Origin: Octopus sinensis
Taxonomy: Eukaryota
Length of the DNA stretch: 64,000 nucleotides
Direction: 5' to 3'
Assembly: GCF_006345805.1 (NCBI RefSeq)
Contig: NC_043001.1
Location: forward strand, 126,914,001-126,978,000
The notes below the pieces were generated by a model that saw only the letters and a list, made by a program, of their open reading frames with translations, did not search any database and was not told where the DNA came from. Position numbers and translations under genes: made by a program. Below are positions 11,400 through 23,700 of this stretch, in pieces. How positions within the stretch are numbered: the stretch's first letter is position 1; each line of letters opens with the position of its first letter.

Positions 11400-12215
11400 T
11401 TCAGGAAAGGCAGTAAAATGTGACAATCGATGCAGACTTTATGGAGTCAGCACTGAAGATATCACCCACATCATAAGCAGTTGTCCGAAAAACTCATCAT
11501 CTACCGATGAAATATGGCTTTGTAGCTATGATGAGATCCATCGAAAGGATAACCCCGACAACAAAGAAATAAGAAGCCACAGTATGGCGGTGGCTATAGC
11601 CGCTCTTGATACAAAGGAGTACTGGTGGAATGTCCCAGTGAAAGCCTCAATAAAATATAATCACAATAGATCTGATATAATGATTTTGGATAGAGAAGAG
11701 AAACAGTATACAGTTGTGGAAATTAGCTGCCCAGCGGATGTTAACATAAAGCTGAAGGTCAGTGAAAAAAAGAACACCTACGTTGAACTATTGAGAAATC
11801 TAGTTATTCTGTCCAGATTACAAGTTCATGTTTGTACGTGTAATTATTTGGGCACTGGAATATGTAACACACTGCCTAAATACCAATCTAGAGAAATTAG
11901 GCTTTTCAAACCAGAAAGGAGAAGACTACAGATCCAGTCCATCACTGGAACTGTAAAATTCTGTAAACCTTTCCAGAAATTTATTATTCAAGAACATGTA
12001 AGCACGTCTAGATATGTAAGTATATCCATGAGAAGACATGCATAAAACAAAACATACAAATCTGCATACATAGGTACATACATACATGCATACATACATA
12101 CGTAGAAGAGTACCCCGTTGTTGATGTTGAAATTTCAGTGAAGGAGCCTTTGATCTTGATCAGAAAGCGGCTCTTTCTCTATTGGCAAGAAATCTTGAAA
12201 TAAAACTGAATAATG
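11400..12215 (+). mobile_element. R4/Dong-like RLE LINE, 3' end and UTR
   Basis: CRL...EDITHIISSC zinc finger, HNRSDIMI...VVEISCP restriction-like endonuclease, ITGTVKFCK C-terminus; (TACA)n on both sides. Confidence 0.8.
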
Positions 12216-12319
12216 ACATACTTGCATTCATGCATATATACATACGTACGTTTATACATATACATACATACATACATACATACATACATACATACATACA
12301 TACATACATACATACATAC

Positions 12320-12790
12320 AAGTTTGGCTTGGGGCCCTGACAAATTTATGACATCCCACTATGAAGGCTACCTACATACAATTCAAGAAAAAAAGATCCC
12401 TGTCAAGTGCCTGGAGCGTCAAAAGCAGACAAACATTGTTTGGCAACAAATGTGAGCTGTGTAAAACTAAGCGAAGACGACAACCACATTATTTTCAACT
12501 ACGTGAGAATGTCACCCAGATATTATCTTCCCCTGAGACATAATGTAGTAGCGAGGACAGTCTCAAACAGAATTTTAAAAAAAAACAGAAAATAGCAACA
12601 AATTTGACTATATTGAAATCGATGGATTAAAAGAATAGTGTTGACATTTAAAAAATAAAATAGATACCAAGTTACCGGTCAGATACTGTTGTGTGGCTCC
12701 AGAAGAAAAAAAGATGCTCTGTTGTGGAAATCCGCTGCCCTCTGTACACTAGCGTTGTAAGAAAAATGCGAGAGGAAGGAAATGCCTATG
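12320..12790 (+). mobile_element. Second decayed fragment of the same RLE LINE type
   Basis: SHYEGYLHTIQEK...NKCELC...YYLPLRHNVVA...CSVVEIRCP; begins at (TACA)n. Confidence 0.7.
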
Positions 12791-14455
12791 GACCGTTCAG
12801 CAGAGGGAGCAAATCTCTTGGTCCCTTCAACCGGGTTCCTGTAGTGACAATTACATCCAAATCCACGACCTGATGTCATTTAGGAAGCGCCCTTGTTTGT
12901 AGCTCGACATCAGGCCACGTACATTTACACAACCGATACGAATAACCATAATGTCCTACCTTAGTTATTCTGTCGTATCAGGTGGAGAGGGAGTCTCCAT
13001 CTCTTCTTTTTTTTCGCTCGCATGATCGGAGCCGGTAAGTCGTTAAAATGGAAGGATGAAAGTAATTTCTCCTTGTCCCAACAGTTTACCTGAATTTATT
13101 CTTCAGGATTTTATAACTCTATATCGTAGATATCGTAATTTTCATACTTCTCTAAGAGTTCATCCACCCTTTTCACTGTCTTCTTCAAATTTAATTATCT
13201 CATCAATTCCTTGTCACCTGAGTTAAATGCCGCTAAACCTCTCTCTTCATTTTCTCTCTTAGCCGTCTTCTTCGGCCTCTTGTCTACAGGCACCGTTTTA
13301 GCTGGTACTGTTTGGTATATTTTCCTTTTACTTCCTATCTGGTTTTCTTTCTTCTCTCTCTCCTTCTTCCTCTCCCTCCTCTCCTTCTTTGCATTGGAAG
13401 CACCTTGGTTTTCATCCCTCCACAAACACTATGAGAGACTCTTCTGCTATTTCTATTTTCTCTGGTATTTCTTTCAGAGCTTGCGCCTCCGCCTGTACGA
13501 CCATATTAATTGTTTGACCGTGCCAATTCATCTTATCTGTAACTGTCGTCTGGAGGAGTGTGATTTTCTCCTCCAGGTTCCCTGTTACGGCTGCAGTCAG
13601 CCACTTGAGGTCCACCTCCGGTGGAATTCTCCCTATTAGAATTCTTGATGTTCTCCTTCCCATATATATAGAAATAAGTGCCACGCCGTCCGTCTTTATA
13701 GTTTCGACTGAGTGGTATCGTGATTTTGCCTCGCTTACCATTCTCACCTCTATTGGGCCAAACTTTTTGCCGTGTATTATATATTCAACATCGGACCATA
13801 TTTATTGTAGGCCTTTTTTTACCTTTCTTCAGCCATTCTTTCTATTTTACAGCTTTTAAAGTTGTACGTTTTGTAACTAATTGTTTTCCTTTTTTATGTT
13901 TCTAACAATCTCTGTGGGGGTTTTACTCTCACCGTGGTTCCATCTTTTTCTAACATATTTGAATACTTTTGTATTTCTTTTTCTGTATTGAGTTGCTGTG
14001 CTCGACTCCCGGCTGCTGCTGCAAAACTTTTTTTCTCTTCTTTTAGTGAACATTTAACTGCTATATTTCTTGTTGATACAATGCTATTTTCGGGGGTCTC
14101 ACTCAGGAGACTTGGAAAATCTTGTGGCGTCATTCGTTGAGGTGTCGTTGGTGTCATTGGTGAGATTTCTGTTAAGCTCGACATATCTTCTGTTTCAAAC
14201 GTACTATTGTCTGCGTTGCCGCACATAATTTTTTTTTTCAAAGTAATTATTCCCCACAACTGGGGAATAAAAACAAATGCTTTCAAAAAGCAATTAACAG
14301 TCTTTAATAGTAAACAATATATTTAACAATAGCCACAAGGCAGTATAAAATACAATAAAGCGTCAACAAAAGCGTTCAAAATAAGCAATATCACAACTCA
14401 CAAAATTTTCATATCGTCCGGACGGAATAGACAATGATAAATTACTGGATCTATA
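12790..14455 (-). mobile_element. Tx1/L1-like LINE 5' part: ORF1 plus start of ORF2 endonuclease
   Basis: ORF1 has ISIYMGRRTSRILIGRIPPEV and a partial knuckle PRCFQC (13391-13402). ORF2 starts at 12949 with MVIRIGCVNVRGL...LDVIVTTGTRL (APE motif I). Confidence 0.8.
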
Positions 14456-14461
14456 CGGTAT

Positions 14462-16114
14462 TTGTTTCTTTTATTACCCACAAGGGGCCAACGAAGAGGG
14501 GTCAATCAAACACATATGAGGACATATTACAGAAAATTAAAATTAAAATAAAATTATAAATATGATATGAAATGAGTAATGAAAATGAAAATATGGAAAT
14601 GTGCCACTCGCCCCACGTCAAGCAGTAACACATACTTGTTTTTAAGTTCCTTTATTTCTTCTAGTCCCATTATCACCTCTATACCATATTTTGCTAGTAG
14701 TAGTTTATCACATGGTGTATTATCTGGTATATCCTTAATGTCTGTATTTATTTTCCTGTATTTCAAACCTTTTTTTATGTTTCGTAACTTGTTCCAACTG
14801 TCCTTCTAAAAACAGCATGCACATATTCCACCCTATTTTATCCTGATAACCATATGTACTCACTAACTTTGCTGTCTTCCCGTTCCTTACCATCCGGAAT
14901 AGCTCCGTATTTTGCTCGTCCCTCATTATGCACGCATAGTTTACTTTATGGGGAGGGGAATTGTTTGTGCTTTGTTGTGTCTGCGATTCTTTTTTCTTTT
15001 TATCTTGTCTAGGAGGGGAATGGGTGGTTTGGGTCTCTGTAGGGATAGGGTGGGTCTCAGAAGGTATGGGTGGGGTGGGCAAGGATTGGGGTTCCACATT
15101 ACAATTTTTCCTCTTCTTTCTTTTCCATCAACCACTTTCCATTCTTCTTCTCTTTCCACTTTTTCGTTTTCCTCCTCTTGCTTCTTTTCTGGCATGTCTT
15201 CTGTTATTTGCTTTTGTAGAGGGAAGTGTGCTCTAATGTGGTCTTTTTGACCGCATTTAGAACAGCGAGGAGTCCTGCCCTCTACCCACACTTTCATTAC
15301 CAATTCATCAATTGACACTGTCTCCGCCAAATTTTCCAGCATCTCCACCGCATCCTATATAATCTGGTCTACCGACTGTCCCTTCTACACCGATACGTCA
15401 GTGTTTGTGGCTTCGAGGATGGCCACCTCCTTCTCGTTACTTAAGAGTATAGCAGCCACGACCCAAGCCACATCAATTTCTGGTGGAATTTCTTCCACTC
15501 TTTTCCTTGACGTCCTTCTTCCCATATATGTGGGTAGAAGGACCACTTGGTTTGATTTTATTGTATTCGTTGCATTCTCCATTGCTATTTCTTCCGACTT
15601 GTATATCACAATAACAGATCCAAATTTACTTCCTCTGGCCAGATACGTGATGTCTGGCCAGACCGAGCACAATGCTTTTTCAATGGTCTTTTCTTCCATA
15701 TTTTCGACTCTCCTGTTTTCCAAAGAGTATACTTTGTATATCACCGTTTTTCTGTCCATCTGCTCCATTTTCTTCTGAGGTGGTGACAGCTTAACATCAC
15801 CACCTACTCAGGTTGCCATTTTCCCGTAATTTTCGATGTTGGAGAGATCCCTCCCTCTTTCTCACCTCCGCTGCCTCCGCGAAACTTCTCTTCGCTAACA
15901 CTTTATCCATTTTTTCTATGGTATGAACCAACTCTTCCTCTGAAGAGGACAATTTTTAAAAAGTCGGAACCGCTAAGTTCCAAATTGAACATTTTCTTTG
16001 CTTATCTCTCGATATATCGAGAGAAAGCACAACTTTAAACCGCTGCTAAAGCAGCGCAAAAACAACTAACAATTTAGACAAACACTAATTTTAACAGCAA
16101 CTTTAAACCTTCGC
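14462..16114 (-). mobile_element. Second ORF1-only Tx1/L1-derived element
   Basis: 5' UTR, then ORF1 ~15910-14554 with LLPTYMGRRTSRKRVEEIPPEI and CSKCGQKDHIRAHF (15223-15264). It continues directly into a short tail ending ccccttgtgggtaataaaagaaa. Confidence 0.7.
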
Positions 16115-17043
16115 TTTTTTTATTACCCATAAAAGACGTACATCGAAATTGAATGACAACTACAACACATACAGACAATACATAACGAGATATGACATAG
16201 AATTGGGGAACTAAATTTATAAAATAGAAATTTAAGAAAATAAGCAAAAATAAAAGAAAGGAATGAATTACAAAAAGATGAGAGAATGAGGTGGAATGCC
16301 CATTCGACCCCCGAAGTCGATTGGTTACATGTAGACAGTATTTTTCTCTTCTTTTTTCCTCATTCTTTTTTCACAACACATTCTTAAAAGAAATAGTTCA
16401 CATTTTTTTTCCGTTTTGTTTTCTTCCCCCCACCCAAAGTTCAAAATAAATTAATTACCTTTTTCTTGAAATTCTCTAGCCTTGTATAGTCCACAACCGG
16501 CGGCCTCCATTAATGTACACCGATCCCTCCATCCTTATGATAAATTAACTGTAATATCTCCATAGATCATCGCTTATTAACTCATTCTCCAGCACACACC
16601 TTTCCTCCTCTCCGAACCTCCCCTTAGGCAGCTTCACTCTAATCAAATTTTTCCACTTTGATATTTTCTTCTCTACCTCTATTGATTTCGTATTAAAAAA
16701 TCAGGATTCCTTTATGCTCGCTGGACTTCGCACCTCCTGGTCTTCTCTCTGGATTCTTCTCTACTTCGTGTGTTTCAGGTGGCTCTTTATCTTTTTTGTC
16801 CGCCTTCCCTGGTTCTGCTGTCGCTCTCCGTAACACTTCCCTTGATCTCGCCTTCTTCCCTCTCTTGGGGCTGACGATCCCATCACTCCCCTCTTTTGTC
16901 ACTTTCGTTATTTCCTCTATATCTTCCTTCTCTTGCTCACGGTTCTTATTTATCATCTCTTCCGTTTCTGCCTCCATCTTTCCTTGCATCTCCATTTCTC
17001 CTATCAACTCTTTCTCACCCTGCACCGGCTCAGTCTGCTTATT
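16115..17043 (-). mobile_element. 5'-truncated related ORF1-only-type element (acidic/basic ORF1 C-terminus plus tail)
   Basis: E/K-rich ORF 16693-17025; C-terminal and tail similarity to 14462-14700; ends tgggtaataaaaaaa. Confidence 0.55.
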
Positions 17044-17045
17044 CA

Positions 17046-17423
17046 GATCTTTTCGGTTTGAACGGCAGTTTTTGACATAATTTCCACATAACTAAACACT
17101 TTTAAACTTCGTATACTGGTAGAATGTGTTTATAAAACATCTTTTTCTCTTGGCTTTATTGAGGAAATTCTATAGTTTGTAAGATATTTGTTGTTTTTTT
17201 CTTCAATTTCTGCAATTTCAACCAATCACTGACCGTCTATTGAGGTGAAAACATTCTGTGCCGTATGAATATGTCCCTCGTTTAAGAAACAGATTGGGTT
17301 TATTTACATTACTCAAGAAAAAAAGATACCCTTCCCCACCCCTAACCCTAACCCTAACCAACCCTAACTAACCCTAACTCTAACACTAACCCTAAAATAG
17401 ATTGAAATGCAATAGATCGATAC
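17046..17423 (+). mobile_element. Truncated copy of the Merlin-like MITE at 27924
   Basis: Colinear with 27926-28280 including the (CCCTAA)-like tract; the right TIR is missing. Confidence 0.85.
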
Positions 17424-18155
17424 TTACCAACCTATTTCAAAAAACTTTCAGACCAGGTTATTTAGATAATTACCAAAAATCCCTGATCTGACAGTGTTAA
17501 AGGAATGCTTTACCTGTTCGCGAGAAGTTAGCAAGGCACGGAATATCAGTGCCATTGACATGTCCAAGATGTGGGCTGGACGAGGAAACCGTCCAGCACG
17601 CTCTTGTACAGTGTCGGAAGCTGTCAGACTTGATAATTTACGTTGAACACGTGTACAGCTATCGGCTGAATCTATAATAAAGATTGTGCCGCCAACTGGA
17701 CTCTCAAAGGAAAGTGAGGCATGTTTCCTATGTACAGTTAGAGTGTTGAAGAGTGTGTGTGGAAGACCAGAATGCAAGGACTTGTGGTGGGATCCTTCAT
17801 CTCTGTCCCTGGTTTGCTACTATACTTCAGATGCCATCTGAAGAGTAAGATAGGGCTGGAGAGGAGAATTCTGTCGCGAAGTGCGTTCGAGAAAAGATGG
17901 AAGGCTGTGATAAGAAAGGTGGGTGCAAGTAACCCTACTTCATCCGCATTGGAAAAAGGAAAGGGATAGCTGCTGGGCCTTTCAAGCAACCGGGTATAAT
18001 CCCCCCAACAAGTAAAGTTAAAATATATTATATATATATATATTTCATCAATATTTTTAATCCATAAGTTACATTCGAACTCATCATAACATTATTTGTG
18101 TGTATTGTCCTGTACTGTACAGTCTTTATATGATATTCATTATCGTAATAAAGAA
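17424..18155 (+). mobile_element. Tx1/L1-like LINE 3' end (ORF2 C-terminal zinc finger and UTR)
   Basis: NALPVREKLARHGISVPLTCPRCGLDEETVQHALVQC (zf-RVT-like), then WKTR...FEKRW; AATAAA at 18147. Confidence 0.8.
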
Positions 18156-18180
18156 TTCACCTCTAGCCGAACAACTATTT

Positions 18181-18221
18181 TGTGCTGATGAAGGGAAATA
18201 ACCCGGAAATCGTGATACACA
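18181..18221 (+). ncRNA. Minimal hammerhead motif variant
   Basis: TGTG-CTGATGA-AGGGAAATAACCCG-GAAA-TCGTGA-TA-CACA. Helix I 4 bp, GGG/CCC helix II with an A.G mismatch at its base, self-complementary ATCGTGAT helix III. Confidence 0.6.
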
Positions 18222-18249
18222 GATATTGTTTTGAGCTGAGTGGGGCTGC

Positions 18250-18390
18250 TAGATTCCATTGTTCGAAAATATAAGGACACAGACCGTGTCGTATAGCCAA
18301 CTGGAGACAATGTCTCCTGAGGTTAAATTACAGCAACATTCGTCCTAAACCAGGACTGCCTTGTTATGTTGGCAAGGAATCTTTACTGTA
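18250..18390 (+). mobile_element. Right half of a Tc1/mariner-type MITE (same family as 45404)
   Basis: Matches 45455-45590; ends ...ctttactg|ta. Confidence 0.75.
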
Positions 18391-20152
18391 TAAACAGTAT
18401 TAGATTCTCTGAATTTATAAATGATGATCTGGAAATTTCTGAAAATTTGATATACAATCACGGTTCAGATATGTTTTGGATACGACTGAAAAGGGAACAA
18501 TGAAATTTCGTTAGTATACAGTAGTGAGATAACACAGGCACTTATTTCCTATTATAGTAAATCAGATCTGTATGCCTCGACATTTGGTATGACGCTTATG
18601 ATTCCAGTTGGAAGAATTAGGATCGAATGGTAGCCAGTCGATCCAGCAGATGATGCCTCATATCTGTGCGTGGTGGGCGGTGCGCTGCAAAGCTGGCGAG
18701 AGGAAGGCCGTGAAACGATAAGCATTCTTATCTGATAGCTCCTAAAACTTACTGATATGTTGTATGCAGAGTTTTCAATCGATTGTACTCGCACAAGCAT
18801 TGTTTGCAAGTCTCTAATACACGAAAGGTCTTCTTTAAATCATTTCCTGTGTGTTATATTGTCGTTCATTCAGTTCAAAGTTTTGCATTGCAGTATGCTT
18901 GTATTATATTGTGCATGCATGCAATTCAATGCGGAATTATAGTTGGATTATTCCTCATTTATATGTTCTTTATCCCGTAATGCATACTTAAAGAAAAGTA
19001 TTAAGGAACAATGTTAGGCACAAACCGCTTTCCTATCAGTAATGTGTATAGATATTACAATTCAAATGTTATTTAAATTACAATGAAACAATAGGATAAT
19101 ATTTATTAAATAAATACAGTACATTTAAAGTAAGCAGCAAGAAACTTCGTCTCAACATTATGGACATGATGAAAGGATATTCTTACCGACAGGGGAGATT
19201 GTTAAGACTAATGCTGTACCAAAAGAAAGAAAAACAGAATTACCGTTTATCATACACAAATAATCTCACACATTTGTGAATCTCTCTGAAAGCTATTGTT
19301 TGTTTCCTTTTGCTTGTCGTCTATCTATCTATCAAACCTTGGCTCGGATGTTCCTTGTCAAATCACTAAATCACTACATCGCAACGTGTGTAGATAAGGT
19401 TCCCCCTCTCTGTCTCTCTGTCTCTCTCAAATGTTTTCACTATATTGACCCTGATGATTGACCCTGGTGAACATTGAGGTTTGTTGGTTCCCCCTATTTT
19501 CTTTACACACAACTTCTTTCCTGGTGTTTTTACTAACTAGTCAAACACTCTTATACAGATGATATCACAGTTCACACATTAACAGCTTTCCCCACTGAGC
19601 ATAATTTTAACCAGTTGTTACCATATCTCTTATCCCCACTGGAACGTCTAACCAAGTGTCTAACCAAGACAACGTACATTATATTATACTAGTTTACAGC
19701 AACTACTATTCACCTAAGGCCGTTAATGTAATTTCTCTTTGACTCCTTATACCACCTTTATGTATATCTCACTCAGAATAATAAGTAAAAAATGCATAGT
19801 TTAAATAAATAATTGTATCCACCAAAAGAAGCAGAATAATTTATTTCCTTCAACAGTACCTTGGAGAAGTACATCGCGTATTAAAGTAATACAAGAAATT
19901 ATACATTATACTAAAAAAATGCACAATATACATAAATATTATACAAACATGATCATCCTAAAATTTACAAATGCCTTACCGAATAATCTTTAATTATACA
20001 ACTGTACGTATAACATTTCCTAATCTGCATACAAAGACTGGAATTTCCCCATAAGGTTATGAAACATTTAACACTGAACACATCACAAATGCCGTCACAT
20101 ATTAGAATATTCCTATAATGAAACAATACGACTGATGCTTACTCCAAAGTCA

Positions 20153-20506
20153 TCAGATTACGTTCACGCTGTACATGTCTGTGACACACTCAGCCACTGG
20201 CGCACTAATTGATCTTAGATCGTCATCTATGTTCAAGGACATTCTAATTTTCCTCGATACATAATTCGCCCAGAACCGCTGGATCTTTCCGTTCTCTAGA
20301 CAGTATAACTGGCATATTTCATAGATCATGTTTTCAGGGAACATTTTTGCAGGCTGACTGATTACATAGATACCGCTATTGAGAAATTTAAGTTTAACAG
20401 TACCCAGACGCATCAATTGCGTCAGTCTGGGAGGCTCACAAAGGAGAGGAATAACAACTTGTTCATTTGGGTCAACACTGTATATTTTACACGCTACATT
20501 CACAAT
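20153..20506 (-). CDS. Candidate terminal coding exon, product unknown
   Basis: About 117 codons of stop-free, complex, non-repeat sequence after a weak ttcag acceptor; TGA TGA stop; AATAAA ~310 nt downstream (19840-19845). Confidence 0.4.
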   Translation of the reverse strand: MVNVACKIYSVDPNEQVVIPLLCEPPRLTQLMRLGTVKLKFLNSGIYVISQPAKMFPENMIYEICQLYCLENGKIQRFWANYVSRKIRMSLNIDDDLRSISAPVAECVTDMYSVNVI

Positions 20507-20787
20507 CTGAATGCACATTCATAGATGGTCACATACATTCTCTTATATAAAGTCTTCATATGACAGGTAAATAAACTCAAACGTGAAAAACAAAAAATAA
20601 ACAAAAATTAAATAAAACTTCGACAATTTCGACTATGCTAATTCTCTTTCTTACTCACATGATATCTGTCGTTAACACACACGCAATAACTTGCACTCAT
20701 TTTCACACGCACAGGCGCATGCACGCGCGCTCGCACTGCAAGCTTATATGTAAAGGTAGACGCACGACCTTACCATCGACCCACTAA

Positions 20788-22504
20788 TCTTTATATATAA
20801 AAGTGAGGTTGTGTGCTGTCTGTCTCCTACGATTTAGATTCCTAACTACTCCCACATTTTGCGGTGCAGTTTAACCAAAACCGGGTATCTTATAGTCGTG
20901 ATTCATCATCATCATCATTGTTCGACCGTGGTCGAGACAATGGAATTTACCATGTTGCGCCAGACTTCACGGTCCATCATAGCATTACGGAGGTCCTGTT
21001 GCTGGATGCCTGTATCCCTGGAGATTACATCATGGTAGGAGAGTGTGCGCCCTCTGGTGTTGCGAGTAGATGGCTTCCAGAGGAGAAGAGTAGAAATTAC
21101 TTCTTTTTCAGCTCTACAACAATGTCCAGCAAACTGGACTCTCCTACCCTTCACAAGAGATGACACAGGTGGTAATTTCCCATATATTTGCATTTTAGTT
21201 GGATGGCGCCTCCACGAGAGATTTTGAGCTCTCATAAGGAGGCGAGTGTAGGTTCCATCCAACCGCCTCTCAAGCTTCTTTGATAACGTCCAGGTTTCTG
21301 AGCCATATAGTAGGATTGGTTCGACTGTGGCTTTGAATATTTCAAGTTTGAAGTCTCTACTTAGATTTGATGACCAGATCTTATGCATGTCATTACAGGC
21401 TGACCAGGCCATACCCTTTCTAGTTAGAAAGTCTTTTCCAGATGATGATATGTATGACCCAAGATATTTATAATCAGAAACCATATTTAAAGGTGCACTG
21501 TTGAGAGTGTGGATGATGCAATCACTGTTGGACAGGCACTTGTTTATGTATTCAGTTTTGGTCTCATTAAGGTAAAGACCTACACAATTTGAGGCTTGTT
21601 CAAGAGATTGTAAAAGAGACTGGGCATTGGAGAGAGAATCACTGATAAGAGCGATGTCGTCAGCAAAGTCAGTGTCTGTCAAGTACTCAGCTGGGTGTCT
21701 GGAACTTCTTCTTGGTTTTATTTCAAAGCCCTTGCCAGAGATGGTATCAACTGACATACGTAGCACATAATCAACAACAATGATGAAAAGAAATGGGGCG
21801 AGTGTGTCTCCCTGCAGTATTCCGGCCTCGATCGAGAAAGATGATGTTTCTCCATCAGGGGTTAAGATGGTTGAAGACGTATCTGTGTAGAGGACCTTGA
21901 TGGCAGAAATAATTTTGTCTGGTATCCCATAGAGCTTAAGGATTTCAAACATCTTGCACCTACCTACAGAATCGAACGCTTTAGAAAAGTCTACAAATAC
22001 CATTGCAAGATCGCGATTAAATGCTTTTGATTCTTCAATAAGTCTGCGCAGGCATAGTATCTGGCTCAGCGTTGAGCGCCCATGTCTGAATCCATTTTGG
22101 TTCTTTCAGAGCAAAGGTTTAACAAAAAGGACAAGACGATTTAGGATCAGTTTGTTGTACAGTTTTGCAGCAATTGACATTAGAGATATGCCCCTGTAGT
22201 TGGTGACGAGGGACAAATCGTGATTCATATCGAGCCCTTCTGGGTATTAGCGCGCGTCTACGATGAGTCTACGATTTGAAAAAAAAATACCATCAATTTT
22301 TCCCATTTTTAATGCATTTTTGGCATATATAAGGGAAGTAACTCTCTAAAAATTTATTATTAAATCTCAGAACGTAAAAAGCTACAGTAACACCCCCCTT
22401 TGTGGTTAGCCATATTGAGATGGCTATTATACTTTACATCTCTAAAAATGCTTACATCTCTAAAAATGCTTACAAACTCGAGCAACGCCGGGCGATACTG
22501 CTAG
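20788..22504 (+). mobile_element. Non-autonomous Helitron interrupted by an RTE LINE
   Basis: A|TC start, subterminal hairpin c(t)cgagcaacgccggg, CTAG|T end; homologous to 47594-48099 and 56044-56403. Confidence 0.85.
20907..22217 (-). mobile_element. 5'-truncated RTE-clade LINE, RT nearly intact
   Basis: NYRGISL, FVDFSKAFD, GILQGDTLAPFLF, FADD, KYLG. One in-frame TGA in ~430 codons; (TGA)n tail; 11-bp TSD tcgtgattcat at 20896-20906 and 22218-22228. Confidence 0.95.
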
Positions 22505-22869
22505 TAATAATTAAAATGTATAAATGTTAATGCAAAGTTTCCGTGTCCAAATTTCATTTCTTTTCTTAAATCCATTCGTCAAATATGTGTCTTTTCAGCA
22601 ATTTTTCTGTTCTGTTCGTTGCCTATTATCAATCTTCTTTAATCTATGCCACATCAGTCGTTGACGTCAATTTCAACACGGGAGCAAATTTCCTTCCAGG
22701 CTGTACAAGATGGCATTGCGCATGCGAAATCTGAGAAAGTGCACAGTCCTGTGCTCTGCATAAGTTCACGGACATACGTCATGCAAGCCTGGCCACGAGG
22801 CTTGAACATCCCCACGGGGTTATAGAAAAAAAGATGCAGCGACAGGCTGAACTGTTCGACAAAAATAGT

Positions 22870-23700
22870 GGCCTCCGAATTTTAGCCATCTTCGTTTGAT
22901 TGTCTTGCTGATAGTGTTAAAGATCTATATCGTAACTTGTCTGATATATGGTCGATATAAGAAATGTTAAAGGCTTTGCTCAGAAATCGAATGTATGTGC
23001 CGTATAGTGATTGCTGTAGGACCAGGACCATCATAAGAAACGAGCATTCAGAGCCGTAGAGTAGAACAGATTCTCCTGTAGCACGTAACAAACGAAGTTT
23101 TAAGTCCTGTGATAGTTATGAACTTGCCAATTTTTTTATAACTTATCGGGTGCTGATCACTTTATCGCTTTACGCAAGTTAACACCTGTTGAAAGTGTAA
23201 GACCACCCACACCAGCATTTTCACCAATGACTAGGTTTTTTTTTATTTCGTGCGGTTTATTGAATGGTCAACTTCAATGGCAGCCGACTCCAGATTTGTG
23301 AGGCGAGTTTGAGTATATGTAATTGTACGTGAGATGAATGCGATGTCAGCTGCAAAGTAGAGGTCAGTGAGGTACAGTGCAAAACGACGTAAGCCTTGGT
23401 GGGGACGGCGAGGTATGCCCAGTACAGATACCATAGCGTGACTTAGTACATAGTCTGGAGACTATAATGAAAAAGAAAGGAGCGAAGGTGTCCCCTCAAA
23501 CAACGCTTGCGTTAATGGCAGGAGTGCATAGTAATCTTTTGCAGTCTACATAGATATAGCGGGTAGCTTTACAACTTCATTTGGTATGCATTAGGCAGAG
23601 AGAATATGAAGCATTCACTCACGGTGGACAAAGTCAAAAGTGCACCGTCTTTTCAGATTTCACCAAATCTTTCATTATCAGTTTAAAATGTATTTTATAT
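22870..23700 (-). mobile_element. Older decayed RTE LINE fragment
   Basis: GDTFAPFFFI, LTDLYFAADIAFIS and ATGESVLLYGSE parallel the intact copy. Confidence 0.8.

Noticed and set aside
13211-13639. Hydrophobic ORF resembling a membrane protein
   Set aside because: It is the antisense of a purine-rich Tx1-like ORF1 region.
17338-17395. Interstitial telomere or chromosome-fusion signature (also 27240-27328)
   Set aside because: The repeats are degenerate and internal to MITEs; no head-to-head fusion array.
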